Notes under the pieces: model-generated | What the model saw: the letters and a program-made list of their open reading frames with translations, nothing else | Told to the model about the DNA's origin: nothing | Databases searched by the model: none | Shown: one piece after another, positions 1 through 10,300 of the stretch | Position numbering within the stretch: the first letter of the stretch is position 1 | Layout: each line of letters starts with the position of its first letter | NCBI GenBank assembly: GCA_964429575.1 | Contig: CAYSCX010000006.1 | Location: forward strand, 60,440-124,439 | DNA length: 64,000 nucleotides | Reading direction: 5' to 3' | DNA from: an uncultured Candidatus Binatia bacterium | Lineage (GTDB): Bacteria > Desulfobacterota > Binatia > Binatales > Binataceae | Translations under genes and position numbers: made by a program

Positions 1-1
1 C

Positions 2-400
2 GCGCTCGCGCTTCACCAGGACTCCCGCTCGTCCGCGCAAGCGTTGTTGGCCGCGTTGGGCGGATTCGAAATCGCCGCGATGGCGGGAGTCTGCATCTGC
101 GGCGCGGCGCTGCACGTGCCGGTGGTCGTCGATGGATTCATCGCGACTGCGGCGGCGGGCGTCGCCTCTGAATTTCATCCGAGCGTTGCGAAGTACCTGT
201 TCTTCAGCCATCGCTCAGCCGAGGGCGGCCACGCACTCGCGCTCGAGCACATGGACGCCCGCCCGATTCTCGACCTGGAAATGCGGCTAGGGGAGGGAAC
301 CGGAGCCGCGATTGCGATGAGCGTGATCGAATCCGCACTCGCGCTTTACCGCGACATGGCGACCTTTGCGCAGGCGGGGGTCTCCGGGAAGCTCCGATGA
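2..400 (+). CDS. cobT: Nicotinate-nucleotide--dimethylbenzimidazole phosphoribosyltransferase, 5' part outside window
   Basis: GGFEIAAMAG, VVVDGFI, SHRSAE and LxMRLGEGTGA motifs; overlaps the cobS start. Confidence 0.95.
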   Translation, partial: ALALHQDSRSSAQALLAALGGFEIAAMAGVCICGAALHVPVVVDGFIATAAAGVASEFHPSVAKYLFFSHRSAEGGHALALEHMDARPILDLEMRLGEGTGAAIAMSVIESALALYRDMATFAQAGVSGKLR

Positions 401-1182
401 GCGGGCCGCCGCGCGGCGCCGACCGTGTGGACGAGCAACCGAGCGCAGGTTTTCTCACCGAAGTCAGGCTCGCGCTTGGCTTCCTCACGATTCTTCCAGT
501 GCTGCCCGCCGGTCGCGCGCCTGACGCGACCGTCGCCCGGTCGTTCACGTGGTTTCCGTTGGTGGGATTCGCCATCGGCACGCTGCTTTGCCTCGAGGAC
601 CTCGCGCTGCAGGCGATCTTCGGCGCGACGCTCCGGTCGATGATCGTGATTCTCTCGCTGACGGTGCTAACGGGTGCAGTACATCTTGACGCGCTCGCGG
701 ACACTGCCGACGCGCTTGGCGCGGGCGGTGATCGCACGCGCGCGCTCGAAATCATGCGCGACAGCCGGATCGGAAGCTACGGCGCGATGGCGCTGATTTT
801 TGCGCTTTTATTCAAAGTGGCCGCACTTGCTTCGCTGTCCGGATCGATTCGACATATCGGGCTGTTCATCGCACCAGGACTCGCGAGATGGGCGATGGTC
901 GCGGTGAGCGAGCGGCTCAACTACCTGCGCGACGACGGCGCCGGCGCGACGCTGCTCTCGCGCGATGCGAACCGCGGTATCGCCGCCGCTACGCTGGTGA
1001 CGGGCGCGGCGCTGCTTCCGTTTCTTGCGGCGCGGACACTGTGCGCTGCTGCGCTCGCAGTCGTACTTGTGCTTGCGCTGCGTTGGTTCTATCGGCGCTG
1101 GCTCGGCGGCGTGACCGGCGATGTTATTGGCGCGTGTGGAGAGTTGGTGGAAGTCGCCGTGCTGGTGGCGTTCGCGGCGTAA
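397..1182 (+). CDS. cobS: Adenosylcobinamide-GDP ribazoletransferase (cobalamin synthase)
   Basis: TGAVHLDALADTAD, IMRDSRIGSYG and GGVTGDVIGA motifs; multi-pass hydrophobic. Confidence 0.95.
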   Translation: MSGPPRGADRVDEQPSAGFLTEVRLALGFLTILPVLPAGRAPDATVARSFTWFPLVGFAIGTLLCLEDLALQAIFGATLRSMIVILSLTVLTGAVHLDALADTADALGAGGDRTRALEIMRDSRIGSYGAMALIFALLFKVAALASLSGSIRHIGLFIAPGLARWAMVAVSERLNYLRDDGAGATLLSRDANRGIAAATLVTGAALLPFLAARTLCAAALAVVLVLALRWFYRRWLGGVTGDVIGACGELVEVAVLVAFAA

Positions 1183-1183
1183 A

Positions 1184-1705
1184 TCATTTCAGTTTCATCG
1201 CGATTCCCGCGACCATCACGACCACATCGCCGGCCGCGGCCGCGACGCGTTGATTCGTCCAGCCAAGAAGGTCGCGAAAGCGGCGCGCGGCCGGATTGTC
1301 CGGGACGATTCCCCCGCCGACTTCATCGGTTACGACCAACGTGTCGAACGATGCGAGTGAAAGTGCGGCGATCAGCTCCTGCCCCGCACGCAGGACCGCA
1401 TCATCATTCGCGCCCGCTTCCATCAAGTTGGCGACCCACAGAGTCAGGCAATCAACGATCACCACGTCCGCGCGGCCATCGAGCGTGTTCAGCGCACGCA
1501 CGAGTTCATGCGGCTCCTCGACGGTTGCAAAGTCCGGCGGACGCGCTGCGCGGTGGTGTGAGATGCGCGAGCGCATTTCATCGTCGCGCGCTTCGGCGGT
1601 TGCGATGAATGCGCAGCGCGCTCCTGGGTGATCTGCGGCCAGTTTTAGCGCGTGGCTGCTCTTACCGCTGCGAGCGCCGCCGGTGATTAGTGTGACTCGC
1701 CCCAT
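1184..1705 (-). CDS. cobU: Adenosylcobinamide kinase / adenosylcobinamide-phosphate guanylyltransferase
   Basis: TGGARSGKS P-loop, DCLTLW, DEVGGGIVP, FRDLLG; ATG at 1705. Confidence 0.95.
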   Translation of the reverse strand: MGRVTLITGGARSGKSSHALKLAADHPGARCAFIATAEARDDEMRSRISHHRAARPPDFATVEEPHELVRALNTLDGRADVVIVDCLTLWVANLMEAGANDDAVLRAGQELIAALSLASFDTLVVTDEVGGGIVPDNPAARRFRDLLGWTNQRVAAAAGDVVVMVAGIAMKLK

Positions 1706-1798
1706 CGAGGACAAATCGTACGTGATCGCGCTACGTCAATCTCGTGCCACCGAAGCGCCGCGCCTTGACTACATCGCCAGCGCGGCGTAGTTATCTTG

Positions 1799-1939
1799 CC
1801 GACCCGATGTACGGGAAGTCCGGTTAAAGACCGGCGCTGCCCCGCAACTGTACGGGGGGACGAAGGTCCACAAGGCCACCGCATCGGCGGGAAGGCGGAC
1901 CCTAGGATGATCCCCAAGCCAGGAGACCGGCCGGGTCGG
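1799..1939 (+). ncRNA. Cobalamin (AdoCbl) riboswitch
   Basis: GGGAAgtcCGGTtaaagaCCGG, GCCCCGCAACTGT, GCCAC..GGGAAGG and B12 box AAGCCAGGAGACCGGCC; P1 ccgacccg/cgggtcgg; lies upstream of btuB. Confidence 0.93.
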
Positions 1940-1990
1940 AAGCGACGTCTGCCTTCCGCGGGGAGGGCGGCCTCAAGTTAGTTTCTGCTT

Positions 1991-2027
1991 GAGTCCGATC
2001 CTGCTTGGCGAAGGATCGGGCTTTTTC
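1991..2027 (+). terminator. Intrinsic terminator, the riboswitch expression platform
   Basis: gagtccgatcct/aggatcgggctt hairpin followed by a T run, between riboswitch and btuB. Confidence 0.75.
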
Positions 2028-2086
2028 GTTTCTGATAGCCCGGCCTTCGTCCTCCCTCATAAAGCGGACCGCAAAAGGAGCGCCTT

Positions 2087-4132
2087 ATGAGGGGAGCGAG
2101 GGCATTTCTCCCGGGCATTGTCATCGTGCTGCTAATCGGAGCAGCGCAGTCGGGCGCAGCCGAGACGGCTCCAGAAGCCGCTATACCGGCCGCGACGCCG
2201 ACGCCATCGATTGCCGCACCAGTCACCGCGCGACCGCACGCGTCAGCGAGTCCGTCACCACAGGCGACGCCGTCGCCGTCCGCCGCGCGCAAGCTTTCGC
2301 CCATCGTCGTCACGGCGACTCGAATGGACGAGCCGCTTGCGGAGGTCGGGACGACGGTGACAGTGGTCGAAGACAAACAGATCGAGTCGCAGAAGATCCG
2401 CCAGGTCGGCACGGTCCTGCAGCAGGTACCCGGCGTCGCAGTCGCGCAGACCGGATCGCCGGGAACGGTGACGAACGTTTCGATTCGCGGAGCGTCGTCG
2501 TCGCAGACGCTGATTCTGATCGACGGCGTTGCAACCAATGCGGGCGCGACCGGCGCTTTCGACATCGCGAATCTCACCACCGACGATCTCGACCGCATCG
2601 AGGTCGTGCGAGGCGCGGGCGGTTCGATCTACGGCTCGCAGGCGATCGGCGGAGTGATCAATCTGCTCACGCGCGAGGGTGAGGGTCCGCCGAAATTTTC
2701 CCTGCTGTCCGAAGGAGGAAACGGCGCGAGCCAGCGCCAGCGCGCGACCGCAAGCGGCTCGTACGGGAATCTCGGTTATTCAGGCGCGATCTCGTATTTT
2801 TCCACCGACGGATTCCGTCCCGTCAACGACGGCTCGGACAATCTCTCGGGGGCGCTCAGGCTCGACTATCATCCGTGCGACGACACGACCATCCGTGGCT
2901 TCGCGCGCTACTCGCGCTCCAAGGTCGAACTCGCAAACTTTTCGATTTTTTCGGGCATTGCGCTTGACCCGAACGCGCATCAACGCGGCGAGTTCATGCT
3001 TTTCAAGGGCGAGATCGAACATTGGTTCTCGACGCGCCTGCTCGGCCGTGCAAGCGCGTTCTTCGTTCGTCAGGAAATACGGATCAATCAGACGCCATTC
3101 GTGGGCAGTTCGACCATCGAGACCGATCGCGTTCCTGACGAAACGCGCGGCGGCAACCTCGAGGCGCTCTATACTTGGGCGTCGGGTATCCGCACTCTGA
3201 TCGGTTTCGACTTCAAGGATCGCTGGGTACGATCGCTGAGCGAGTTTTCAATTCCGCCGTTCTTCTCTTCGGTGTCGCTGTTTCGTGCGCGGCGCCAGGA
3301 GTACGCAGGGTACGTTGAACAGCAGGCGAGCTTCCTGGACGGATTGGTCCTTGCAACCGCCGGCTTTCGCATCGACGGCAACAGCCAGTTCGGCACCGAG
3401 GTCAGCCCCGCGTGGGCGGTCGCAATTCCTATCGACGATTGGGGAGTGACGTTGCGCGGCAATTACAGCGAAGGATTCCGCGCTCCCAGCTTCAACGACC
3501 TGTTTTTCCCGTTCTTCGGAAATCCGAATCTCGCTCCTGAAATTTCAAGCGAGTGGGACGGCGGCTTCACAAAGGTTTTCGATGAGTGGGGATCATTCAC
3601 CGCGACGTACTTCTCACGCCGCGTCCACAATTTGATCGTCGCGGTGCCGTGTCCAACCTGTCTGTTCGGTTCTCAGGCGGGCAACGCGGGGCGCGTCGAT
3701 ACGCAGGGAATCGAGCTTGTGCCGAGTGTGACACCGCTGCCGGGGCTAAGCATCAGCGGGTACTTCACGTATCTCGACCAGATTTCGCCGGGCAGGAATC
3801 CGTTGCGCGTTCCCAAGTACTCGGCGTCGGGTCTCGCGCAGTACGTCCACGAGGGGCTGGTGAATCCGCGCGACCGAGCGACGCTGAGTTTCAATTACAC
3901 CTTTGTTGGCGACCGCATGGACATCACGCCGACTTCGGGCATCGGAAACAATCCGGCGTACCATCGATTCGACGCAGTGATGTCGTATGCAGCGGGCCTG
4001 AGAATCAATCGCGTGCGCGACGAGGAGGTGTTCGTCAGGATCAACAATCTGACCGACCGAAATTACCACGAGGCGCTCGGTTTCCGCGCGCCGCCAATCA
4101 ATTTCATGGCGGGCGTGAAGGTGGATTTCTAG
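2087..4132 (+). CDS. btuB: TonB-dependent cobalamin receptor
   Basis: Signal peptide, TonB box IVVTATR, plug motifs LILIDG and RIEVVRG, C-terminal Phe; riboswitch upstream. Confidence 0.9.
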   Translation: MRGARAFLPGIVIVLLIGAAQSGAAETAPEAAIPAATPTPSIAAPVTARPHASASPSPQATPSPSAARKLSPIVVTATRMDEPLAEVGTTVTVVEDKQIESQKIRQVGTVLQQVPGVAVAQTGSPGTVTNVSIRGASSSQTLILIDGVATNAGATGAFDIANLTTDDLDRIEVVRGAGGSIYGSQAIGGVINLLTREGEGPPKFSLLSEGGNGASQRQRATASGSYGNLGYSGAISYFSTDGFRPVNDGSDNLSGALRLDYHPCDDTTIRGFARYSRSKVELANFSIFSGIALDPNAHQRGEFMLFKGEIEHWFSTRLLGRASAFFVRQEIRINQTPFVGSSTIETDRVPDETRGGNLEALYTWASGIRTLIGFDFKDRWVRSLSEFSIPPFFSSVSLFRARRQEYAGYVEQQASFLDGLVLATAGFRIDGNSQFGTEVSPAWAVAIPIDDWGVTLRGNYSEGFRAPSFNDLFFPFFGNPNLAPEISSEWDGGFTKVFDEWGSFTATYFSRRVHNLIVAVPCPTCLFGSQAGNAGRVDTQGIELVPSVTPLPGLSISGYFTYLDQISPGRNPLRVPKYSASGLAQYVHEGLVNPRDRATLSFNYTFVGDRMDITPTSGIGNNPAYHRFDAVMSYAAGLRINRVRDEEVFVRINNLTDRNYHEALGFRAPPINFMAGVKVDF

Positions 4133-4151
4133 CCGGGCGGCGGGCGAATGC

Positions 4152-7130
4152 TCAGAGGCCGCGACGCGACTCCGTCGCGAAAGTGCGGTCGAACAGCGCA
4201 CGGATTCGCGCGCGTCGCGTCTTCAGTTCATCGAGCAGCCGATGCGCGCTGTCCGCACCGTCGAATCCCATCCGGCGCGCGAGCGGGGTGAGGCTCGCCG
4301 GGTCGGTCGGCACCGCCCATGCGGGCTGGTCGCTCTCGATGCGCAGGCGGTTTTCGAGCCGGACAAGAAAGCGATAGTCAGACTCGAGTGTCTCGGCGGC
4401 ATCGCGGTCCAACACGCCTGTCTCGCCCAGCGCGCGGATGAGGTGCCTGGTCGCCCGCTGGCGGAGGGCCTCGAAGTCTTTGCCGTAGCGCAGCGCGAGC
4501 ATCTGCGTCAGGAATTCGACGTCAACCAACCCACCGCGCCCCTGCTTGAGATTGAGCTGGGATTGGTTCTCGGCGCCGATCTCCTGCTGCATGCGCGCGC
4601 GCATCGCCGCGATTTCCGCCACCTCGGCATCGCGCAGTCCGCGGCCATAGACGAACCCGGTGCGGGCCGCTTCGACCTTTTCGCCAAGCGTCTGGTCGCC
4701 CGCGATCACGCGCGCGCGAATCAGCGCCTGGCGTTCCCACACCGCAGAACTTTGGCGATGGTATTGAAGGAACCCATCAAGTGACGCGACGAGCGGTCCT
4801 TGATTGCCTGACGGCCTCAGCCGCAGGTCGAGCTTGTACGCGTAGCCCTCGCGCGTTCGCGATTCCAAAATTGCAATAAGTTTCTGCACGATGCGCGAGG
4901 CCGCCTCACGTCCTCCCGAAGCGGCGCCGCGCGGGTCGTCAAACACGAAAATCAGGTCGAGATCGGAGTTGTACGACATCTCCGCCGCTCCCAGCCGTCC
5001 CATCGCGATCGCACACAGAGCAAGTATCGCGGGAACCGAATGGCGCATCGAAACCTCCGCGCGCGCAAGGTCGAGCGCCGCGTGCAACACCGTCTCCGCA
5101 AGCGCAGTCAGCTCCTGCTCGACGGCTGGTAAATCGAGTTCGCCGCTCAAGTCGGCAATCGCGACCCGCAGGAATTCCTGGTGGCGAAATGCGCGTAACG
5201 CATCGAGTTGGCTTTCGAAGTCGGGACACGCCGCGAGAATCTCACCAATCTGGCGATGCAATTCGACGGCGCTGCGTCGCACCTGCGCAAGGTCCGAACG
5301 AACCAGCGTATCGAGCATGTCGGGATGACGGATGAAAAGCGTCGACAGGTGGCGGCTCGATGCGAACAAGCGAAGCAGCACGCGGCGAGTTGCGGAGTGC
5401 TCTTCGAGCAGCGCAAGAAACGAAGTGCGTGCGCCAACCGCGCCGATGAATGACGCCAGATTCATCAGCGCAAGGTCCGGGTCAGGGAGCTTCGTTATCT
5501 CGTCGAGCAGCACCGGTCCCAGACGATCGAGCAGCTCGCGGCGGCGCGGACTGGCGGGCGCGTGCGCGGGCCCGCGAGCCAGAAACTCCAGGTGCGCAAC
5601 GCTCTCGGCGGGATCAGCGTAACCGAGCGCCTCGAGATAGATAACTGCGGATTCAGGGTCGCGGGCTGAGCGCCAAGCCGCTTCGGCTGCCGGCGCGACG
5701 CGCGGCCGCTGTGCATCGTCGCCGCCGGCCAGCGTGTCGCGAAAGTGCGATGCGACCAGGTCACGATGTTTCTTCAGGGTCGCGAACAGACGCGCGGCCG
5801 CGTTGTCGTCCTTGCCAAATCCCATCCGAGCCGCCAGCGCACGAACCGATCTTTCTTCGGCCGGCAGTGTATGCGTCTGCAAGCCGGCGACCACCTGAAG
5901 CTTGTGCTCGACGTCACGCAGAAGCAGGTAGGCCTGCGCGAGCGCCTGTGCGCGTTCCACCGGGAGGTAGCCGTTCGCTCCCAGGCGCTGGAGCGCATCA
6001 ACGGTCTTTTCGGTTCGAATCCTCGGATCGCGCCCGCCGTATATCAGCTCGAGTGCCTGGACGATGAATTCCAGTTCCCGGATCCCGCCGCGGCCGAGCT
6101 TGAGGTTTCGCTCAATGAGCACCGGCGAGCGGAGTTGCGCCTCGATTTGGCGCTTCATCACGCGGAGCTGGCGCAGCGTGTCGAAATCCAGGTAGCGGCG
6201 AAAAACGAACCGCGAAAGCTCATCGATGAGCCGATGGCCAAGCTCGACCGCGCCCGCCACGGGACGCGCGCGCAGCAGCGCCGCGCGCTCCCAAGTCTGT
6301 CCATAGTTCTGGTAGAAGCTCAGCGCGCCGTCGAGCGATGTAACCAGCGTCGCGTTGCGTCCGCCGGGCCGCAACCGCAGATCGACCCTGAAGCAACCCG
6401 CCGACAGCAACTCCGTCAGCAGTTCGCCGAGGCGCGCGGCCGCGACCGGGCCGTGCTTACCGTCGCGCGAGTCGTAGAGATAGATCAGATCGATATCTGA
6501 ACTGAGATTGAGTTCGCGGGCGCCGAGCTTTCCCATCCCGAGCACGCAGAAATCCCCAGCCGGGCCGGCACGCGGTCCCATGATCTTGCGCGCAGCCTCG
6601 AGCGCGTGCTCGAGACACACGTCCGCCAGCAGCGACATGAGGCGCGCGGTGTCGCTGACTTCGATACGGTCGAGAAGGTCGGCGATCGAGATGTGTACGA
6701 AGACGCGCCGCTTGAACGCCGCGAGCGTTTCGGCCGCGGTCCGCCGATCCGCGGGCACGTCGAAAGCTGCGCCGATTTCCTTTTCGAGTGACGCGATGCC
6801 GGCGGAGCGCGCGCGCTGGAATTCACCAAGCCATCGATCGCCTTTGATGCAGAAAAAGTCGCCGATTGCTTCGGACGAACCCAAGCAGAAGAGCAGATCG
6901 GTGGCCGACTCAGCGTCGCCAAGCGCCGTCACGACCGCGGGCGCGCCAATCTCTGCGAGACGGGTTAGAAAAGCGAGCGCCAGCCGCTCGTCGGGCGCGC
7001 GAGCCGCGGCAAGCTCGCCGGCACGAGCCGCGAGGCGCGCGTCGCCGAGAGCGCGGCCGAGACTTTCGATGAGTCCGGCGAAGTCGTGTGCAGGCGCGGT
7101 CTCTTCCGCCATCAATGACAACGATACCAA
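4152..7130 (-). CDS. glnE: Glutamine synthetase adenylyltransferase/deadenylase
   Basis: Two nucleotidyltransferase domains: MGKLGARELNLSSDIDL and MGRLGAAEMSYNSDLDL, each with DLRLRP and WER motifs. Confidence 0.95.
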   Translation of the reverse strand: MVSLSLMAEETAPAHDFAGLIESLGRALGDARLAARAGELAAARAPDERLALAFLTRLAEIGAPAVVTALGDAESATDLLFCLGSSEAIGDFFCIKGDRWLGEFQRARSAGIASLEKEIGAAFDVPADRRTAAETLAAFKRRVFVHISIADLLDRIEVSDTARLMSLLADVCLEHALEAARKIMGPRAGPAGDFCVLGMGKLGARELNLSSDIDLIYLYDSRDGKHGPVAAARLGELLTELLSAGCFRVDLRLRPGGRNATLVTSLDGALSFYQNYGQTWERAALLRARPVAGAVELGHRLIDELSRFVFRRYLDFDTLRQLRVMKRQIEAQLRSPVLIERNLKLGRGGIRELEFIVQALELIYGGRDPRIRTEKTVDALQRLGANGYLPVERAQALAQAYLLLRDVEHKLQVVAGLQTHTLPAEERSVRALAARMGFGKDDNAAARLFATLKKHRDLVASHFRDTLAGGDDAQRPRVAPAAEAAWRSARDPESAVIYLEALGYADPAESVAHLEFLARGPAHAPASPRRRELLDRLGPVLLDEITKLPDPDLALMNLASFIGAVGARTSFLALLEEHSATRRVLLRLFASSRHLSTLFIRHPDMLDTLVRSDLAQVRRSAVELHRQIGEILAACPDFESQLDALRAFRHQEFLRVAIADLSGELDLPAVEQELTALAETVLHAALDLARAEVSMRHSVPAILALCAIAMGRLGAAEMSYNSDLDLIFVFDDPRGAASGGREAASRIVQKLIAILESRTREGYAYKLDLRLRPSGNQGPLVASLDGFLQYHRQSSAVWERQALIRARVIAGDQTLGEKVEAARTGFVYGRGLRDAEVAEIAAMRARMQQEIGAENQSQLNLKQGRGGLVDVEFLTQMLALRYGKDFEALRQRATRHLIRALGETGVLDRDAAETLESDYRFLVRLENRLRIESDQPAWAVPTDPASLTPLARRMGFDGADSAHRLLDELKTRRARIRALFDRTFATESRRGL

Positions 7131-7228
7131 AGCCCACGCCGCGACGCGCTAAACCAGCGCGCACGATGGCCGATCGAACGCGCGCGATGCTAGGCTCGCC
7201 GATGAATCCAGGATGAGGGCTCACGGCG

Positions 7229-7903
7229 ATGATTGTGCTCTACACCACCGAACGCGACTACCCGTGGGGGACCCTGCGCTCGACGCATGCGAGCAAGACC
7301 AAAGTCGTGCTCGAGGAGAAGAACGTCCCGTATCGCATCGAAAACCTGTCGCCGGGACTGCTCTGGAAGAAGCCGCCCGAGATGCTCGCGCACCATCCGC
7401 TTGGGAAAGTACCGTACATCGAAGACAGCGACGTCTGGCTGTTCGATTCGACCGTGATCAACGAGTACCTGGAAGATCGCTATCCGTCGCCGGCGCTACT
7501 GCCCAACGACGCGGTCGGGCGCGCAAGAGTGCGCGAACTCGAACAATTCGCCGACGAAGCGCTGCTCGGCGGTAACCTACCGCCGATCTGGATGCCGTAC
7601 TGGAGTGAGCCCGCCAAGCGCGACACCGCCAGAATGGAAGCCGCGCGCGAGGGTCTGCGCTCGCGCGACCTTCCCTACCTCGAACGGGTGCTGTCCACGC
7701 CGCGCGGCGGCGACTACATATGCGGCGGCTTCACGCTCGCCGACATCTCAATGATGGTTCTCGCGATGGTGCTCGAGGTAGACGCGATGAATCTCGACGC
7801 GTTCCCGCGGGTCGGCGCCTATCTGAAGCTATTGCGAGAGCGGCCAAGCTATCGCGCGATCAGTCCGCGCACCAAGGTCGCAGAGGCAAGCACGAGCGCC
7901 TAG
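7229..7903 (+). CDS. Glutathione S-transferase family protein
   Basis: HPLGKVP, DSTVINEYLED, FTLADI. Confidence 0.9.
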   Translation: MIVLYTTERDYPWGTLRSTHASKTKVVLEEKNVPYRIENLSPGLLWKKPPEMLAHHPLGKVPYIEDSDVWLFDSTVINEYLEDRYPSPALLPNDAVGRARVRELEQFADEALLGGNLPPIWMPYWSEPAKRDTARMEAAREGLRSRDLPYLERVLSTPRGGDYICGGFTLADISMMVLAMVLEVDAMNLDAFPRVGAYLKLLRERPSYRAISPRTKVAEASTSA

Positions 7904-9009
7904 CTTTCGACTGGAATTGTCAGTGTCGAGCCGGTGCGCAGCGCCTTCGCGTTCTTGATTCCGTTTTCCCGCATCAGGCGCTGCACACTGACGCCGTGTT
8001 CGCGCGCGATCTTTGCGAAGGTGTCGCCGCGCTTGACTGCGTACTCGCTGCCGGCCGGAAGGCTGGCAGGCGAGATGTACCTTAGATCGGGGAAGTACGC
8101 GTCCTCGTAGCGGTGTACCTGCAGCGCGGCGAGGAACTCGGCGTAATAGTTGCGCACCGCGAATCCAAAGCGCGGACCTTCGTAGCTCTCAACGACTTTG
8201 GCGTAGTCGTAATCGTATGCCGAAGCAGCGCGTGCCATTCCGCCTACACCGTAATTGTACGCGGTGATTGCCAGCGGCCAACTGCCGAGCCGCTCGTAGT
8301 TGTCGCGCAGATGCGCCGCTGCCGCCTTGGTCGCGCGCGCCGGATTCAGCCGATCGTCGCGGCCGCGGCTGATTTTCAGGTAGCGCCGTCCGGTGCCCTT
8401 GGTGAACTGCCAGATGCCGACCGCGCCCGCATGCGACCTTGCGCGGGGATGGAACCCCGATTCAATCTGCGCGAGAACCACCAGCTCGGGCGGAAGGCCC
8501 GCCGAGCGGAAGATCCGCTCCATGGTCGGACGGTACTGCCTGCTGCGAACCAGACCTTCGCGGAAACGCTCGCGAAGCCCCTGCTGAACCCGCAGGTTGT
8601 CGACTGCGTCGCGCAGCTCCGCGCGCGCGCCGCCCTTGAACATCTCCGCGACGAGGCGCTCCTCGTCCGTCGCGGGTTCGCGTCCCGACGCGGCCTTCTC
8701 GAGCATATGCGTCCATTTGCTCTTGAGATAACTGTTGGCCCACTCGACTTCGCGCCTGGAAGGCTCGCCGCTGCCAGCTATGCTGTGCACCTGGTACACG
8801 CGGGAGACGTCGCGCCGATCGATAAGAATGAAGTCGCGGCGCGAGTACGCCGTGAAGACGTCAACCCAGAATTGTACGTTTGGCTCGATTACCGCGGGTC
8901 GGGGAAATGCCACCTGCGTCTCGGCGTGCGCCGTCGCGATACTCGCCAACGCCGCCGCCACCACGGCCGCCAATCCGAGCACTACCGCTGCTGATCCACT
9001 CCGCCTCAT
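7900..9009 (-). CDS. Lytic murein transglycosylase (SLT domain) with LysM, MltD-like
   Basis: IESGF, AVGIWQF, AITAYNYG, C-terminal LysM YAVKRGDT; signal peptide from ATG 9009. Confidence 0.9.
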   Translation of the reverse strand: MRRSGSAAVVLGLAAVVAAALASIATAHAETQVAFPRPAVIEPNVQFWVDVFTAYSRRDFILIDRRDVSRVYQVHSIAGSGEPSRREVEWANSYLKSKWTHMLEKAASGREPATDEERLVAEMFKGGARAELRDAVDNLRVQQGLRERFREGLVRSRQYRPTMERIFRSAGLPPELVVLAQIESGFHPRARSHAGAVGIWQFTKGTGRRYLKISRGRDDRLNPARATKAAAAHLRDNYERLGSWPLAITAYNYGVGGMARAASAYDYDYAKVVESYEGPRFGFAVRNYYAEFLAALQVHRYEDAYFPDLRYISPASLPAGSEYAVKRGDTFAKIAREHGVSVQRLMRENGIKNAKALRTGSTLTIPVES

Positions 9010-9138
9010 CCGTCCACCACCCACAGCTGTTGCCTCCCGACTCCGAACCCCCGGGGCGGCGCAGAACGCGCCGCTCAAGTTGCGTGGAATAGATATCGAA
9101 TACGCGCCCAAGCTCTGATAGTCAACAAATCCGACAGA

Positions 9139-10182
9139 ATGGACATGATGAAATCGCCAGATAGCAGGGCCCGATCCGGGTGGCCTGCGCAAGTATTGAC
9201 GGTCGTGGCGGCGGTCGTCCTGCTTGCGCTCCTGCTGATCGCGTGCCGCGGTGGGACATCGCAACCCGCAGATTCGCATCGATTTCGAGTAGCGCTGCTG
9301 ACGCCGGGACCGGTCAGCGACGCGGGCTGGAATGCGGCGGCGTTCGACGGTCTTGAGTTGATAAAGGACAAGCTCGGCGCTGAAACCGCGCTGGTGCAGA
9401 CCACGTCGCCGGCGGATTTTGAGGACGCATTTCGGGACTTCGCATCGCGTGATTTCAACCTGATATTCGCGCACGGATTCGAGTACACCGACACCGCCCT
9501 CAAAGTCGCGAAGCTCTTCCCGGCGACGATGTTCGTCGTAACGTCGGGAGCAGCGTCGTCCGCCAACGTCGCGTCGATGACATTCAAAATCGAGGAAGCC
9601 GCATACGTCGAGGGGGTGCTCTCAGGCGCGCTTTCGAAGTCGGGCGTGGTCGGCGCGATTGGCGGAATCGAGCTGCCGTCGATCAGGCTCACATTCGACG
9701 GCTACCGCCGCGGCTTCCAATCGGTACAGCCGGCCGGGAAGTTGCTGGTGATTTTCACCGGCAGCTTCGAGGACGTCGGCGCGGCCAAAGAAGCCGCTCT
9801 CGCCGAAGTGCGGCAGGGCGCGGACTTGCTGATTCACAACGCCGACGCGGCTGGTCTCGGCGTGTTTCAGGCCGCGCAGCAGTCGGGCATCTATGCCTTC
9901 GGCGCCAACCGGAACCAAAACGACGTCGCGCCCGATGCGGTGCTCGCGAGCGCCGTAACCGATATTCCGGGCGCTTTCCTGCGCGTCGCGACCGACGTGG
10001 AGCAGCACCGTTTCAAGCCCGCGATGATCGAGTACGGAATGCGCGACGGCATGGTGAAGGTGGTTTACAACCCGCGCCTCGTTGCGCGAATCCCCAAGGA
10101 CGCGCTCGCCAAGGCCGAGGAAGCGCAACGCGAGATCGTCGCGGGGAATATCGCGCTGCCAACGCTTTCCTCAGCCAAGTAG
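9139..10182 (+). CDS. BMP family ABC substrate-binding lipoprotein
   Basis: Lipobox LIAC; GPVSDAGWN, AHGF and GADLL motifs. Confidence 0.88.
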   Translation: MDMMKSPDSRARSGWPAQVLTVVAAVVLLALLLIACRGGTSQPADSHRFRVALLTPGPVSDAGWNAAAFDGLELIKDKLGAETALVQTTSPADFEDAFRDFASRDFNLIFAHGFEYTDTALKVAKLFPATMFVVTSGAASSANVASMTFKIEEAAYVEGVLSGALSKSGVVGAIGGIELPSIRLTFDGYRRGFQSVQPAGKLLVIFTGSFEDVGAAKEAALAEVRQGADLLIHNADAAGLGVFQAAQQSGIYAFGANRNQNDVAPDAVLASAVTDIPGAFLRVATDVEQHRFKPAMIEYGMRDGMVKVVYNPRLVARIPKDALAKAEEAQREIVAGNIALPTLSSAK

Positions 10183-10239
10183 CAGCGCCGAGTTCGTGGC
10201 GAATCGGCCCGCTTGACATGAGCGGGGGTCGCAATTAGA

Positions 10240-10256
10240 TTGAGAATCACTCTCAA
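10240..10256. promoter_or_regulatory. Fur-box-like palindrome
   Basis: TTGAGAatcacTCTCAA, ~45 nt upstream of bfd-bfr. Confidence 0.75.
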
Positions 10257-10300
10257 ATTCAAATGCGCCACCCCTTCAACACGCATCGACCGGCCAACCC

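Noticed and set aside
9010-9474. N-terminal extension of the transglycosylase ORF
   Set aside because: Overlaps the divergent BMP gene; the signal peptide begins at ATG 9009
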